56,576 nucleotides of DNA from assembly GCA_964460255.1 (NCBI GenBank), contig CAYWPY010000001.1, positions 1 to 56,576 on the forward strand, written 5' to 3'. Each line of letters opens with the position of its first letter. The first letter of the stretch is position 1. This stretch comes from an uncultured Candidatus Saccharibacteria bacterium (GTDB taxonomy: Bacteria > Patescibacteriota > Minisyncoccia > Minisyncoccales > PWPS01). The notes below the pieces were generated by a model. It saw only the letters and a program-made list of their open reading frames with translations. It did no database searches and had not been told where the DNA came from. Below are positions 44,494-52,343 of the stretch, in pieces. The translations under genes were made by a program, and so were the position numbers.

Positions 44494-44522
44494 ACCCTAC
44501 TTAAAAAGTAGGGTCTTTTTTT
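44494..44522. terminator. terminator of copy 3, probably bidirectional with the convergent SPFH gene
   Basis: ACCCTACTT-AAA-AAGTAGGGT flanked by an A-run upstream and a T-run downstream. It lies between two convergent stop codons (44487 and 44539). Confidence 0.7.
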
Positions 44523-44538
44523 ATTTTAAAGAATATTT

Positions 44539-45270
44539 CTAGTCGTTATCTTTATTTATCTTTTTAAACATATCCATAACTTCAATGGGGAAAAGAATGC
44601 TGGTATTTTCTTCTTTCGCGGCGTCGGAAAGTGTTTCCAGATAACGAAGAGTTATCGGGGAAGCCCCCAAAACTTGGCCGGCTTGCTTTAATTTTTCAGC
44701 AGCTTGGTATTCACCATCGGCCAATATAATCTTACTTCTTTTTGTTCTTTCCGCTTCCGCTTGTTGGGCAATTGATCTTTGCATTTCCCGTGGCACTTCG
44801 ACGTGCTTTACTTCTACACTGGTTACTTCAATCCCCCACGGATCGGTAGACTCGTCAATTACTTGGTGGAGTTTATCATTAATCTTCTCTCTTTCCGCCA
44901 GAATTTCATCCAATTCCGATGCTCCGGCTACTCCCCGTAAGGTTGTTTGTGAAACTTCGGAAGTTGCTTTCCTATAATTTTCAACTTCGATAATTGCTTT
45001 TTCCGGATCAGTAATTCGATAATAAACAACCGCATCTACTTTTACGGGAACATTATCCTTGGTAATTACTTCTTGCGGGGGGACATCTTGAGTTACAATT
45101 CTAAGGTCAACTTTTTCCATTTTATCTATAAACGGAATTAAAAAGAAAAGTCCGGGACCTTTAACCCCTACGAATCTACCCAGTCTAAAGATAATCGCTC
45201 TTTCGTATTCTTTGGCGATTTTAATTGCTAAAATAGCAACTCCTATTAAAAGGGAAATTATTATTTCCAT
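44539..45270 (-). CDS. SPFH/band-7 (stomatin-like) membrane protein
   Basis: N-terminal TM helix, then EYERAIIFRLGRFVGVKGPGLFFLIPFIDK and a coiled C-terminal region (AQQAEAERTKRSKI). Confidence 0.9.
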   Translation of the reverse strand: MEIIISLLIGVAILAIKIAKEYERAIIFRLGRFVGVKGPGLFFLIPFIDKMEKVDLRIVTQDVPPQEVITKDNVPVKVDAVVYYRITDPEKAIIEVENYRKATSEVSQTTLRGVAGASELDEILAEREKINDKLHQVIDESTDPWGIEVTSVEVKHVEVPREMQRSIAQQAEAERTKRSKIILADGEYQAAEKLKQAGQVLGASPITLRYLETLSDAAKEENTSILFPIEVMDMFKKINKDND

Positions 45271-45272
45271 AT

Positions 45273-45878
45273 TTATTTATTATTAATTAATAATTTTTTT
45301 ACTTTTTGAAAATCATTTAAAAGATCGTCTCTCCTACTGCGAGTATAAATAGTAGCCGCCGGGTGAAATAGTGGTATTATTTTAAAAGAAAGATTTTCTC
45401 TTTCAAAAACGTCTCCGTTTATTTTCGATATGGAAAACTTTTCACCGAAAGAATATTTTTTTAGTAAATAATTGGCTGAGAATCTACCGAGAGTAGCGAT
45501 TATTTTCGGTTCAATAATTTTTATTTGTCTTTCTAAAAAAGGACCGTAAAGTGCTATCTCATTAGCAGTCGGGTCTCTGTTTTCCGGTGGCCTATCTTTA
45601 ACTATATTGGTTACATAAGTATCAGCCCTTTCTATTTCTACTTCTTCCAACATTTCATCTAAAATTTGCCCCGCCCGACCACAAAACGGACGTCCGGTTT
45701 TTGCTTCGTTTTCTCCCGGTGCTTCCCCGATAAGAATTAAATCCGCATCGTGATTTCCTTCTCCTATAACCGGGAAATAATTATTTTCAATCCGATAGTT
45801 GTAAAGAGGAGAATTTTTTAAATTAACAACTTCTTTTTTTATTTCTAAAAGTTGTTTATCTTTTTCCGTAAGTTTCAT
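45273..45878 (-). CDS. uracil-DNA glycosylase, family 4-like
   Basis: Motif A GEAPGENEAKTGRPFCGRAGQ and C-terminal FHPAA. The protein contains only one Cys, so the Fe-S Cys quartet of many family-4 enzymes is not evident. Confidence 0.8.
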   Translation of the reverse strand: MKLTEKDKQLLEIKKEVVNLKNSPLYNYRIENNYFPVIGEGNHDADLILIGEAPGENEAKTGRPFCGRAGQILDEMLEEVEIERADTYVTNIVKDRPPENRDPTANEIALYGPFLERQIKIIEPKIIATLGRFSANYLLKKYSFGEKFSISKINGDVFERENLSFKIIPLFHPAATIYTRSRRDDLLNDFQKVKKLLINNK

Positions 45879-46917
45879 TATTAAATTTTTTATTTATTAA
45901 TATTCTCAATTCTTTTGAAGAGAGATTATCAACCATCTTTTTCTTTATTTCTCTAATTATCTTAGTTAATTTTTCTTTGGGTATATTTAATTCTTTACTA
46001 ATTCCCGTCGCCTTTTTTCCTTCTTCCACTCGCATTTCAAAAATTTTTTCTTCCCGAGGTGTAAAAACCTCTTCATCAACTAATTTTTTAACAAGGTCGT
46101 CTTCTTTTATTACAAAATACAAATCCCGATTATTTTCTGAACCCAAAAACTCAGCCTCACCGTCAAATATTCTTTTGTAATCACCACAAGCAAAACACTT
46201 CCCATTGTAATGGCATGGATAATTATTATTCTCAACATGATCTTTAATCGTCAAAGCCTTCTTCTTGATTATCTCCAAGTTATCTTCAATGGATTCTAAA
46301 CTTTTGGATGTTAATTTATCGTCGCTCTCAAGATACCAATAACTGAATTTTTCTATTTTTCCATTTAATTTTTCATTGGCTAATATATTATATATCGGTA
46401 GTTGTAAAGAACCCTTTTTTTCTTTATTTTTTCCCGTTTTAAAATCAATAATATGTAAACCACCGGAAGGAAGAACTTGAATCCAATCCAAACTACCAAC
46501 TAATTTAATATTTTCTTCGGGAATAAGATCGATGTTGGGAATTTTGTCCTCAATCTCAATAGATTTTTTTTCTAAAAAATCAGTTTTTAGCACTCTATCA
46601 ATCATTTTCTCCCCCCTTTTTTTAAATTGCTTTTCTTGCTTTTGGGAAATGAAACCTCCTTTTCGACCACTGTATTTTTTCCAATTATCCTCGAAAATAT
46701 CTTTTAAAGATAATTGAACTCGTTCTTTTATCGGTATTGGAGATAGATCTTCAAGAGTTTCATGAACTGAAAGTCCCAATGAAAAATAAGGATTAACTAT
46801 TTGTAATCTGTTCCCGGTATCCGGATTCTTATATTGATACTGATAATAGTATGACTGCGGACATCTTTCAAAGGAGTTTATCGCCGAATGAGATATCCAT
46901 AAATATTCTTGGTACAT
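45856..46917 (-). CDS. Cas4/AddB-like Fe-S PD-(D/E)XK nuclease fused to a sigma-70 region-4/LuxR-type HTH
   Basis: N-terminal FERCPQSYYY (first Cys), GLSVHETLE, GSLDWIQ, IIDFKTGK ((D/E)xK), LQLPIY (QxxxY) and a C-terminal Cys triad CHYNGKCFAC. Then FTPREEKIFEMRVEEGKKATGISKELNIPKEKLTKIIREIKKKM resembles sigma-70 region 4. 23-nt overlap with the UDG gene. Confidence 0.75.
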   Translation of the reverse strand: MYQEYLWISHSAINSFERCPQSYYYQYQYKNPDTGNRLQIVNPYFSLGLSVHETLEDLSPIPIKERVQLSLKDIFEDNWKKYSGRKGGFISQKQEKQFKKRGEKMIDRVLKTDFLEKKSIEIEDKIPNIDLIPEENIKLVGSLDWIQVLPSGGLHIIDFKTGKNKEKKGSLQLPIYNILANEKLNGKIEKFSYWYLESDDKLTSKSLESIEDNLEIIKKKALTIKDHVENNNYPCHYNGKCFACGDYKRIFDGEAEFLGSENNRDLYFVIKEDDLVKKLVDEEVFTPREEKIFEMRVEEGKKATGISKELNIPKEKLTKIIREIKKKMVDNLSSKELRILINKKFNNETYGKR

Positions 46918-46961
46918 GCCTTAAGTTTATCACTATAATTAATTTATTCCAATTCTTAATC

Positions 46962-46986
46962 AAAATGCCGAGCTTCTGCTCGGCAT
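46962..46986 (-). terminator. rho-independent terminator
   Basis: ATGCCGAGC-loop(4)-GCTCGGCAT, a perfect 9-bp stem, followed on the minus strand by TTTT. Confidence 0.7.
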
Positions 46987-47008
46987 TTCATAATTTCTCT
47001 TTTTTTTC

Positions 47009-47842
47009 TTATTCTTCTATTTCAATCTCCATATCTTCAGGATTAACTTCCTCTTGGCCTTCTTCCGCTTCTTCATTTTCTTCTTCATCAGCGTCTTCTT
47101 CTCCTTCACTTTCCTCTTCTCCTTCACTATCTTCATCAGTAACCGTACCCGCTTCTATATCTTCATCGGTAATAAATACCTCGATTTCCGCATCTTCTTT
47201 CATTTCCTCCACATCTTCCAAAATAAGCTCAGTAGCTCTTTCTTGAATTAAAGTGGGTCTTATTTCTTCCCTTATTTCTTCAAAAGGAGGAACTTCTTGT
47301 CCGGAAGATTGTGCTTGGGTTTTATAAACTTCATAATAATTTTCAACTTCTTCCTCCGTAACCTCAATATCTTCGCTGTAAAGCTCTATTAATTTATCAA
47401 TCTCCACTTGTTTTGAAAAAAGAGTATCCATTTCTTCTTTATCTTTCAATCCTTGCTCTTTTAACATACTTACCAAATCTTCTTCAGTAGATACCTCATA
47501 CATAGTCATTAATTCTTCAGTGAATTCCTGAATATCTTCTTCAGTAACCTCAACGTCTTTTTCTTTTGCTAAATCGGTTAACAGTATCTCTTGAACCGCT
47601 TGCTCGACAGCCTGATCTTTCAACTCTTCTTTAGTAACTTCCATACCGTAAGTTTCGTATTGAGAAGCAGTTTTTTCAACCAAATTATCAAAATCAGATC
47701 TACTGTATTCTTGTCCATCAACAGTTAAGGCAGTATTTCCTTGAAACAAATCCATTGGGTTTCCAATGAACAATATTCCCAGAGCTATTACTAAGGCAGC
47801 TCCGATAATCCAAAACCAACTTTCTTTTAATAAATTTTTCAT
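47009..47842 (-). CDS. membrane-anchored SurA-N-terminal-domain-like chaperone with acidic tail (no PPIase domain seen)
   Basis: N-terminal TM anchor. NTALTVDGQEYSRSDFDNLVEK... resembles PpiD/SurA N-domains. The C-terminal ~45 residues are almost purely Asp/Glu. Confidence 0.6.
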   Translation of the reverse strand: MKNLLKESWFWIIGAALVIALGILFIGNPMDLFQGNTALTVDGQEYSRSDFDNLVEKTASQYETYGMEVTKEELKDQAVEQAVQEILLTDLAKEKDVEVTEEDIQEFTEELMTMYEVSTEEDLVSMLKEQGLKDKEEMDTLFSKQVEIDKLIELYSEDIEVTEEEVENYYEVYKTQAQSSGQEVPPFEEIREEIRPTLIQERATELILEDVEEMKEDAEIEVFITDEDIEAGTVTDEDSEGEEESEGEEDADEEENEEAEEGQEEVNPEDMEIEIEE

Positions 47843-47894
47843 TATTCTTATTTATTTATATTTATAATGTTAATAATACTATAACTTATTTTGC

Positions 47895-48557
47895 TTATTT
47901 ATTCAACATAATAATTTTCTCATAAAACTTGTCTTTTATTTTATGATGATTTATTAATTTTTCTTTAAACTCTCCTATTTTTTTAGAATTTGTTAAAGAT
48001 AAAAAACCTTTTATCTGAGTTTTATACTCTAAAATTAAGTTAATTTTTTCTCCCATTTCCTTTTTACCGATTAAAATCTTTCTATGTCGAGAAAAATCTG
48101 CGTTTAAACCGTAAGGAAGATCTTCATATAAAACTAGATCCCTTTTTAAATTCTTACCTATTTTACTTAATAATAAGTGATCCGAATGGCTAATGCCCGC
48201 CGGAAATATTAACGTCGCCTCTTTATTGCCGCCTATTATTTTTTTTATTTTTTGTCTAATCTTAATAATTTCTTTTTTTGGACGAGAGGTTTCTTTAATG
48301 TCTCGATAAACGGCGTGATCATAAAAATCAAGATAAATACTATCAAACCCCAATCCGGAAATTATTTTTTTATCCTCCCTTATTCTTTTTTTCATCGGGT
48401 CACTTTTAAGACCACAAATTTTATCCCATTTTGTTAACCCGGAATAATTCTTTGAAAATACATTAACTATCAGGGCGGATCTTTCTTTTGGAAGTCTTCC
48501 GCCACAGGAAAGAATAATATCGTCCGGATGCGGTGAAAAATAAATACTATCAACCAT
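47895..48557 (-). CDS. PIG-L/LmbE-family deacetylase
   Basis: FSPHPDDIILSCGG (PHPDDxxxxxGG) and HSDH motifs. Confidence 0.8.
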   Translation of the reverse strand: MVDSIYFSPHPDDIILSCGGRLPKERSALIVNVFSKNYSGLTKWDKICGLKSDPMKKRIREDKKIISGLGFDSIYLDFYDHAVYRDIKETSRPKKEIIKIRQKIKKIIGGNKEATLIFPAGISHSDHLLLSKIGKNLKRDLVLYEDLPYGLNADFSRHRKILIGKKEMGEKINLILEYKTQIKGFLSLTNSKKIGEFKEKLINHHKIKDKFYEKIIMLNK

Positions 48558-48814
48558 TAATTATCTTCACTTACTTCAAAATCATTATCTTCTACCTTTT
48601 TATCTTTTTTATCGTTACCACTTAGAAGTAAGGAGCTCCAATAAATTAAAAAGACGGATACGAAAATAATCAATCCACTTATTTGAGTTGGCAAATTCCA
48701 ATTATTTATAATAAAATCCCAGCTCAAACTAAGTCTAATAAAGTGAACTAAGGCCACGGCAGTAAAAATAGTTATAACAACTATCAAAAATGGCTTTTCA
48801 TTATTTCCTTTCAT
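48557..48814 (-). CDS. small two-pass membrane protein, hypothetical
   Basis: 85 aa with two hydrophobic helices and an acidic C-terminus. It overlaps both neighbouring genes (1 nt and 14 nt). Confidence 0.55.
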   Translation of the reverse strand: MKGNNEKPFLIVVITIFTAVALVHFIRLSLSWDFIINNWNLPTQISGLIIFVSVFLIYWSSLLLSGNDKKDKKVEDNDFEVSEDN

Positions 48815-49046
48815 AAATTTTAAAAATTTTATTTTTAGATTTTGGACCTTTTTTTAATTCTATACGTTTTCCGGGAAAAATTAAAGAGAGGATTTCAAAT
48901 ACTCTTCTATTAGCTTGATTCTCTTGCGCTTTCTCTTTAACTTTCACCAATAAAGTATTTTTATTTTCCCAATGATAATCATCCTCGCCGGCTTGAGGAC
49001 AAACTTTAACTTTCACTAATTTATTCCCATTGAAGTTGTTCTTCAT
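48801..49046 (-). CDS. DUF167 (YggU-like) protein
   Basis: 81 aa. KVKVCPQAGED...LLVKVKEKAQENQANRRVFEILSLIF...IELKKGPKSKNKIFKI fits the YggU pattern. Confidence 0.65.
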   Translation of the reverse strand: MKNNFNGNKLVKVKVCPQAGEDDYHWENKNTLLVKVKEKAQENQANRRVFEILSLIFPGKRIELKKGPKSKNKIFKIYERK

Positions 49047-49890
49047 ATCTCGAGTGAATTCTAAAATTCTTTTTTGCTTTATTTAGGGAAATATTCCCTA
49101 AGATCTCTATTTTGGAAATCTCCCCTTCTCCAAGATCTTCATTGGCACAATGGTTAAGATAACCAATCTTATAAGGGTTAAGCCCCATCAAGGCAGCTCC
49201 GATGGTATCAACGCTAACAAAATCAAACCCGGCTAAAGCGGTACAATGATCTACCGAATCACCACGAGCGGGACCCTCACCTTCTATGGCAACAAAGGAA
49301 TCAATAACTGAGAAGTCGGGAGAAATTTTTTTTATTACTTTCGAAATTGATAGATTTATCGCTTTGTAACCATCATGATTAATCGGTCTTTCAACCATAC
49401 AATTAGCTATATTTTTTATCCCCATACTGGCAATAACCGAATCATCCATCTTTAATCCCGCAATAGAAATTATAAAATCACTTTCCATCACTTTTTCCGG
49501 AATATTTGCCTTTAAGGGAGCTAAATCCCGAGAATAAATTTCAACCTGCTGAAATATCTTTTCTTCCTTTAAATCTACAAATTGTAAGTTATAATCTTTT
49601 TTTAATTGGTAGTAATTGAAATTTTTAAAGGCTTCCTCTGCACTACCTATTCCCGCCAAACCAGCCACCGTAATAGTATTTTTATAAAATTCTGACAGAA
49701 AAGAAGCAACGGCTTCCAATGCATCTTTATGAATTGAAACTTCTTGTTTTTGATCTGAAGTTAAGTCTACCTTAATCAATAAATTATTTTTTGACGATAA
49801 TTTCTTTTTCAGTTCCGGTTTAAACTTTTTCAAGGCTCGAATTATATTTTCTTTTCGTTTATCTCCTTTAATTAAAGATATTTTACTCAT
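49021..49890 (-). CDS. DUF362-domain protein
   Basis: 289 aa. The pattern LLIKVDLTS..., IISIAGLKMDDS..., IDSFVAIEGEGPARGD... resembles DUF362. The call is from memory of the family pattern. Confidence 0.55.
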   Translation of the reverse strand: MSKISLIKGDKRKENIIRALKKFKPELKKKLSSKNNLLIKVDLTSDQKQEVSIHKDALEAVASFLSEFYKNTITVAGLAGIGSAEEAFKNFNYYQLKKDYNLQFVDLKEEKIFQQVEIYSRDLAPLKANIPEKVMESDFIISIAGLKMDDSVIASMGIKNIANCMVERPINHDGYKAINLSISKVIKKISPDFSVIDSFVAIEGEGPARGDSVDHCTALAGFDFVSVDTIGAALMGLNPYKIGYLNHCANEDLGEGEISKIEILGNISLNKAKKNFRIHSRYEEQLQWE

Positions 49891-49922
49891 TGCTTTATTT
49901 TACAAAAATTATTTTATTTTTC

Positions 49923-49949
49923 AAAAAAAGAGGCACTTTCGTGCCTCTT
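49923..49949 (-). terminator. rho-independent terminator
   Basis: The minus strand reads AAGAGGCAC-GAAA-GTGCCTCTT followed by TTTTTT. Confidence 0.7.
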
Positions 49950-49954
49950 GCTTT

Positions 49955-50347
49955 TTATGTTAACAGTTGTCTTTTTTTGCAGCTTTTTGCCAAATCGCAA
50001 TTACACTCCAGTCTTTTCAAGGAAAAACTAATTCCCGTATTATCCATCCTCAGCATTAGCTTCGGTAGATCATCATTAATGTAAAATGGTTGACAATACT
50101 GCTTGAGATTACGCTTGGAAAACTTAAAAAAAGGACAAATATTTAGGTCAATAATTTCGTTCAGTTCAGAAAGAAGCCAATTTCTTTCCAAATTATTCAA
50201 AGCTTGAATTGAAGGATATTCTCTTAAAAGATATTTAATCCTACAAGCAATATGCAAACCTCTCATTCTTCTTTGAAAATACAAGTCTTTTCTAAACTTC
50301 TCCAAAACTTTTTCTGCTCGTTGAAAACAACTTGTTAATGTTCTCAA
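49955..50347 (-). CDS. Cys-rich hypothetical protein (130 aa), independently transcribed
   Basis: TTG start 8 nt after AGGAGG. 7 Cys including ECNCDLAKSC. It has its own promoter motif and terminator. No family recognised. Confidence 0.55.
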   Translation of the reverse strand: MRTLTSCFQRAEKVLEKFRKDLYFQRRMRGLHIACRIKYLLREYPSIQALNNLERNWLLSELNEIIDLNICPFFKFSKRNLKQYCQPFYINDDLPKLMLRMDNTGISFSLKRLECNCDLAKSCKKRQLLT

Positions 50348-50371
50348 ATTTATCTCCTCCTTTGTCTTTTT

Positions 50372-50399
50372 ATTTTAATATAACTTATAAATATGTCAA
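50372..50399 (-). promoter_or_regulatory. promoter candidate
   Basis: On the minus strand: TTGACA (50399-50394), 16-nt spacer, TAAAAT (50377-50372). Confidence 0.45.
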
Positions 50400-52343
50400 C
50401 TAAAAAAAATCAAAATCGTCATCATCTATAAGTTCAATTTCTTCATCATCATCCATTAAATCAAAATCGTCCCCAAAATCATCATCAGAAGAATCTTCAG
50501 TTAAAAAATCTTCTATTTCTCTTAAAAAACGAGACGGACCGGAAGAACCTTGTTTTTCAAAAACGGGATAAGTCAGAAACAGATTTTTTTTACAACGAGT
50601 AACTGCTACATAGAAAAGCCTCCTTTCCTCTTCAATTTTACCTTCTTCAACTGATTTTTGGTGAGGAAACTTACCTTCTTTAAGGCTGATTATAAAAACA
50701 CTATCCCATTCCAACCCCTTAGCTTGATGAATCGTACTTAAAGTAAGAACATTGTCTTTTTTTTGACTAACATTAAACTCTTCACTTAAAGCAAAATCAG
50801 AAAGCATCTCTTTTAAGTTATCATAATCAGCTGATAATTCTATCAATTGCTTTATATCATCCATTCTATCTTTTGGATTTTCATACTCTTCTACTTTACC
50901 CTTATACCAATTGTTTAATAAAAAGTTCAAACTTTTTTCCGTTGCTTCCATCTCGGCAATTTTTTCTGCTAAATTAAGCAATTCTTCCACCTTGGGAGCA
51001 ATACGAGTCGGTAAATTCACTAATACCTTTTCTTTATTGGAAATTAACTCCTTTTCCGATCTAAAATTTGTTATTACTTTGGTCGCTCTTTGGGCGTACG
51101 CATCTCCAATTCCGGATTGTTTTTTTAAAACTCGTAACCAAGAAGTTTCATCTTTAAAATTAACTAATAGTTTTAAGAAAGCGGAAACATCCTTAATGTG
51201 AGCTTGTTCAAAAAATCTAGTCCCTCCCCGAACAATATAGGGAATCCCCTCTTTCGCCAGTTCTAATTCCAGTCCGGCGGCATGATAATGAGCCCTAAAT
51301 AAAACGGCACTGCTCCCGGGATTGATTTCTTCTTTTAATTTCTGAACAATAAAACGTGATTGCTCTCTTTGAGAGGCCAAGCAAGCAACCATCGGATTTT
51401 TTCCCTGTTCTTTAATGCTTTTTAATTCTTTTTCCAATCGGGAGTTATTGTTTTTTATTATTCGGTTGGCTAATTCTAATATTTGCGGAGTACTTCTATA
51501 ATTAGTTTCCAATTTAAAAATTTTTGCCGGATACTTTTCTGAAAAATTGAGAATATTTTTTATTTCCGCCGCTCGAAATGAATATATACTTTGAGCATCA
51601 TCACCAACAACCATTAAATTTTTATTTTCCGAACTTAACTTTTCCAGTAATTTATCTTGAATGATATTGGTATCCTGATATTCATCAACCAAAACATATT
51701 CGAACCGTCCACTTATCTTTTTTTTCAATTCCGGAATTTCTAAAAGGGCCAACCATTTAGTAAGAAGATCATCATAATCCATTAAATTTTTTTCTCTCTT
51801 TCTTTTTTCATATCTCTTTTTTATTTCCGTTATTTTTTCAATTCCGGAGCTTGATCTTATCTCTTCCTCAGCAATTTCTACAATTGACTGATTTGAATTG
51901 GTAGCAAGTGATATTAATTTTTGAACCGTTTTTTTATTCGGTAAATCTCCTTCGGGATCAACGTCTTCAATTATTACCTGTATCAAATCCCGGCTATCTT
52001 CTTGATCCAATATGGTGTAATTACTTTCATAACCGATTTTATTTGCATACTTTCTCAAATAATAATTACCAACGTGATGAAAAGTTCCTCCCAGTACGTC
52101 ATACGCTTTTGAACCTACTAAATTATTAATCCGTAACAACATTTCTTTAGCCGCTTTTTTGGTAAAAGTTAAAAGTAATATATTTTCAGGTTTAACTCCG
52201 TTTTCCAATAGATAAGCAACCCGAAAAGTTAGAGTTCTGGTCTTCCCCGATCCGGGCCCGCTTAAGACAAGCGTGTAGCCATCTCCGTTTTTAACTACCT
52301 CCAACTGCTCCTTGTTCAATAAATTTTCATAATCAATCTTCAT
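50400..52343 (-). CDS. UvrD/PcrA/Rep-type SF1 DNA helicase with acidic aromatic C-terminal tail
   Basis: Walker A GPGSGKTRT, motif II VDEYQDTN, TIHQAKGLEWD, motif VI YVAVTRCKK. The C-terminus is EDSSDDDFGDDFDLMDDDEEIELIDDDDFDFF. Confidence 0.92.
   Translation of the reverse strand: MKIDYENLLNKEQLEVVKNGDGYTLVLSGPGSGKTRTLTFRVAYLLENGVKPENILLLTFTKKAAKEMLLRINNLVGSKAYDVLGGTFHHVGNYYLRKYANKIGYESNYTILDQEDSRDLIQVIIEDVDPEGDLPNKKTVQKLISLATNSNQSIVEIAEEEIRSSSGIEKITEIKKRYEKRKREKNLMDYDDLLTKWLALLEIPELKKKISGRFEYVLVDEYQDTNIIQDKLLEKLSSENKNLMVVGDDAQSIYSFRAAEIKNILNFSEKYPAKIFKLETNYRSTPQILELANRIIKNNNSRLEKELKSIKEQGKNPMVACLASQREQSRFIVQKLKEEINPGSSAVLFRAHYHAAGLELELAKEGIPYIVRGGTRFFEQAHIKDVSAFLKLLVNFKDETSWLRVLKKQSGIGDAYAQRATKVITNFRSEKELISNKEKVLVNLPTRIAPKVEELLNLAEKIAEMEATEKSLNFLLNNWYKGKVEEYENPKDRMDDIKQLIELSADYDNLKEMLSDFALSEEFNVSQKKDNVLTLSTIHQAKGLEWDSVFIISLKEGKFPHQKSVEEGKIEEERRLFYVAVTRCKKNLFLTYPVFEKQGSSGPSRFLREIEDFLTEDSSDDDFGDDFDLMDDDEEIELIDDDDFDFF

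Larger units (their letters stand above)
42100..44522 (+). repeat. tandem triplication of a complete gene cassette, 827-bp period
   Basis: The start codons at 42177, 43004 and 43831 are exactly 827 nt apart. Each unit carries TTGACA-17-TATGGT, AAGGAGG, a 217/218-aa secreted-protein CDS and the terminator ACCCTACTT-AAA-AAGTAGGGT. Confidence 0.95.

Noticed and set aside
42100-44522. Diversity-generating retroelement as the source of variation in the triplicated genes
   Set aside because: There is no reverse transcriptase gene in the window. The differences between copies are not restricted to adenine positions, and they span whole segments rather than a short C-terminal variable region.
46851-47251. 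Two + strand ORFs (131 and 65 aa, Ser/Phe-rich) opposite the acidic tail of the SurA-like gene
   Set aside because: These are mirror-frame artefacts of GAA/GAG-rich coding sequence on the minus strand. One of them also spans a terminator hairpin.
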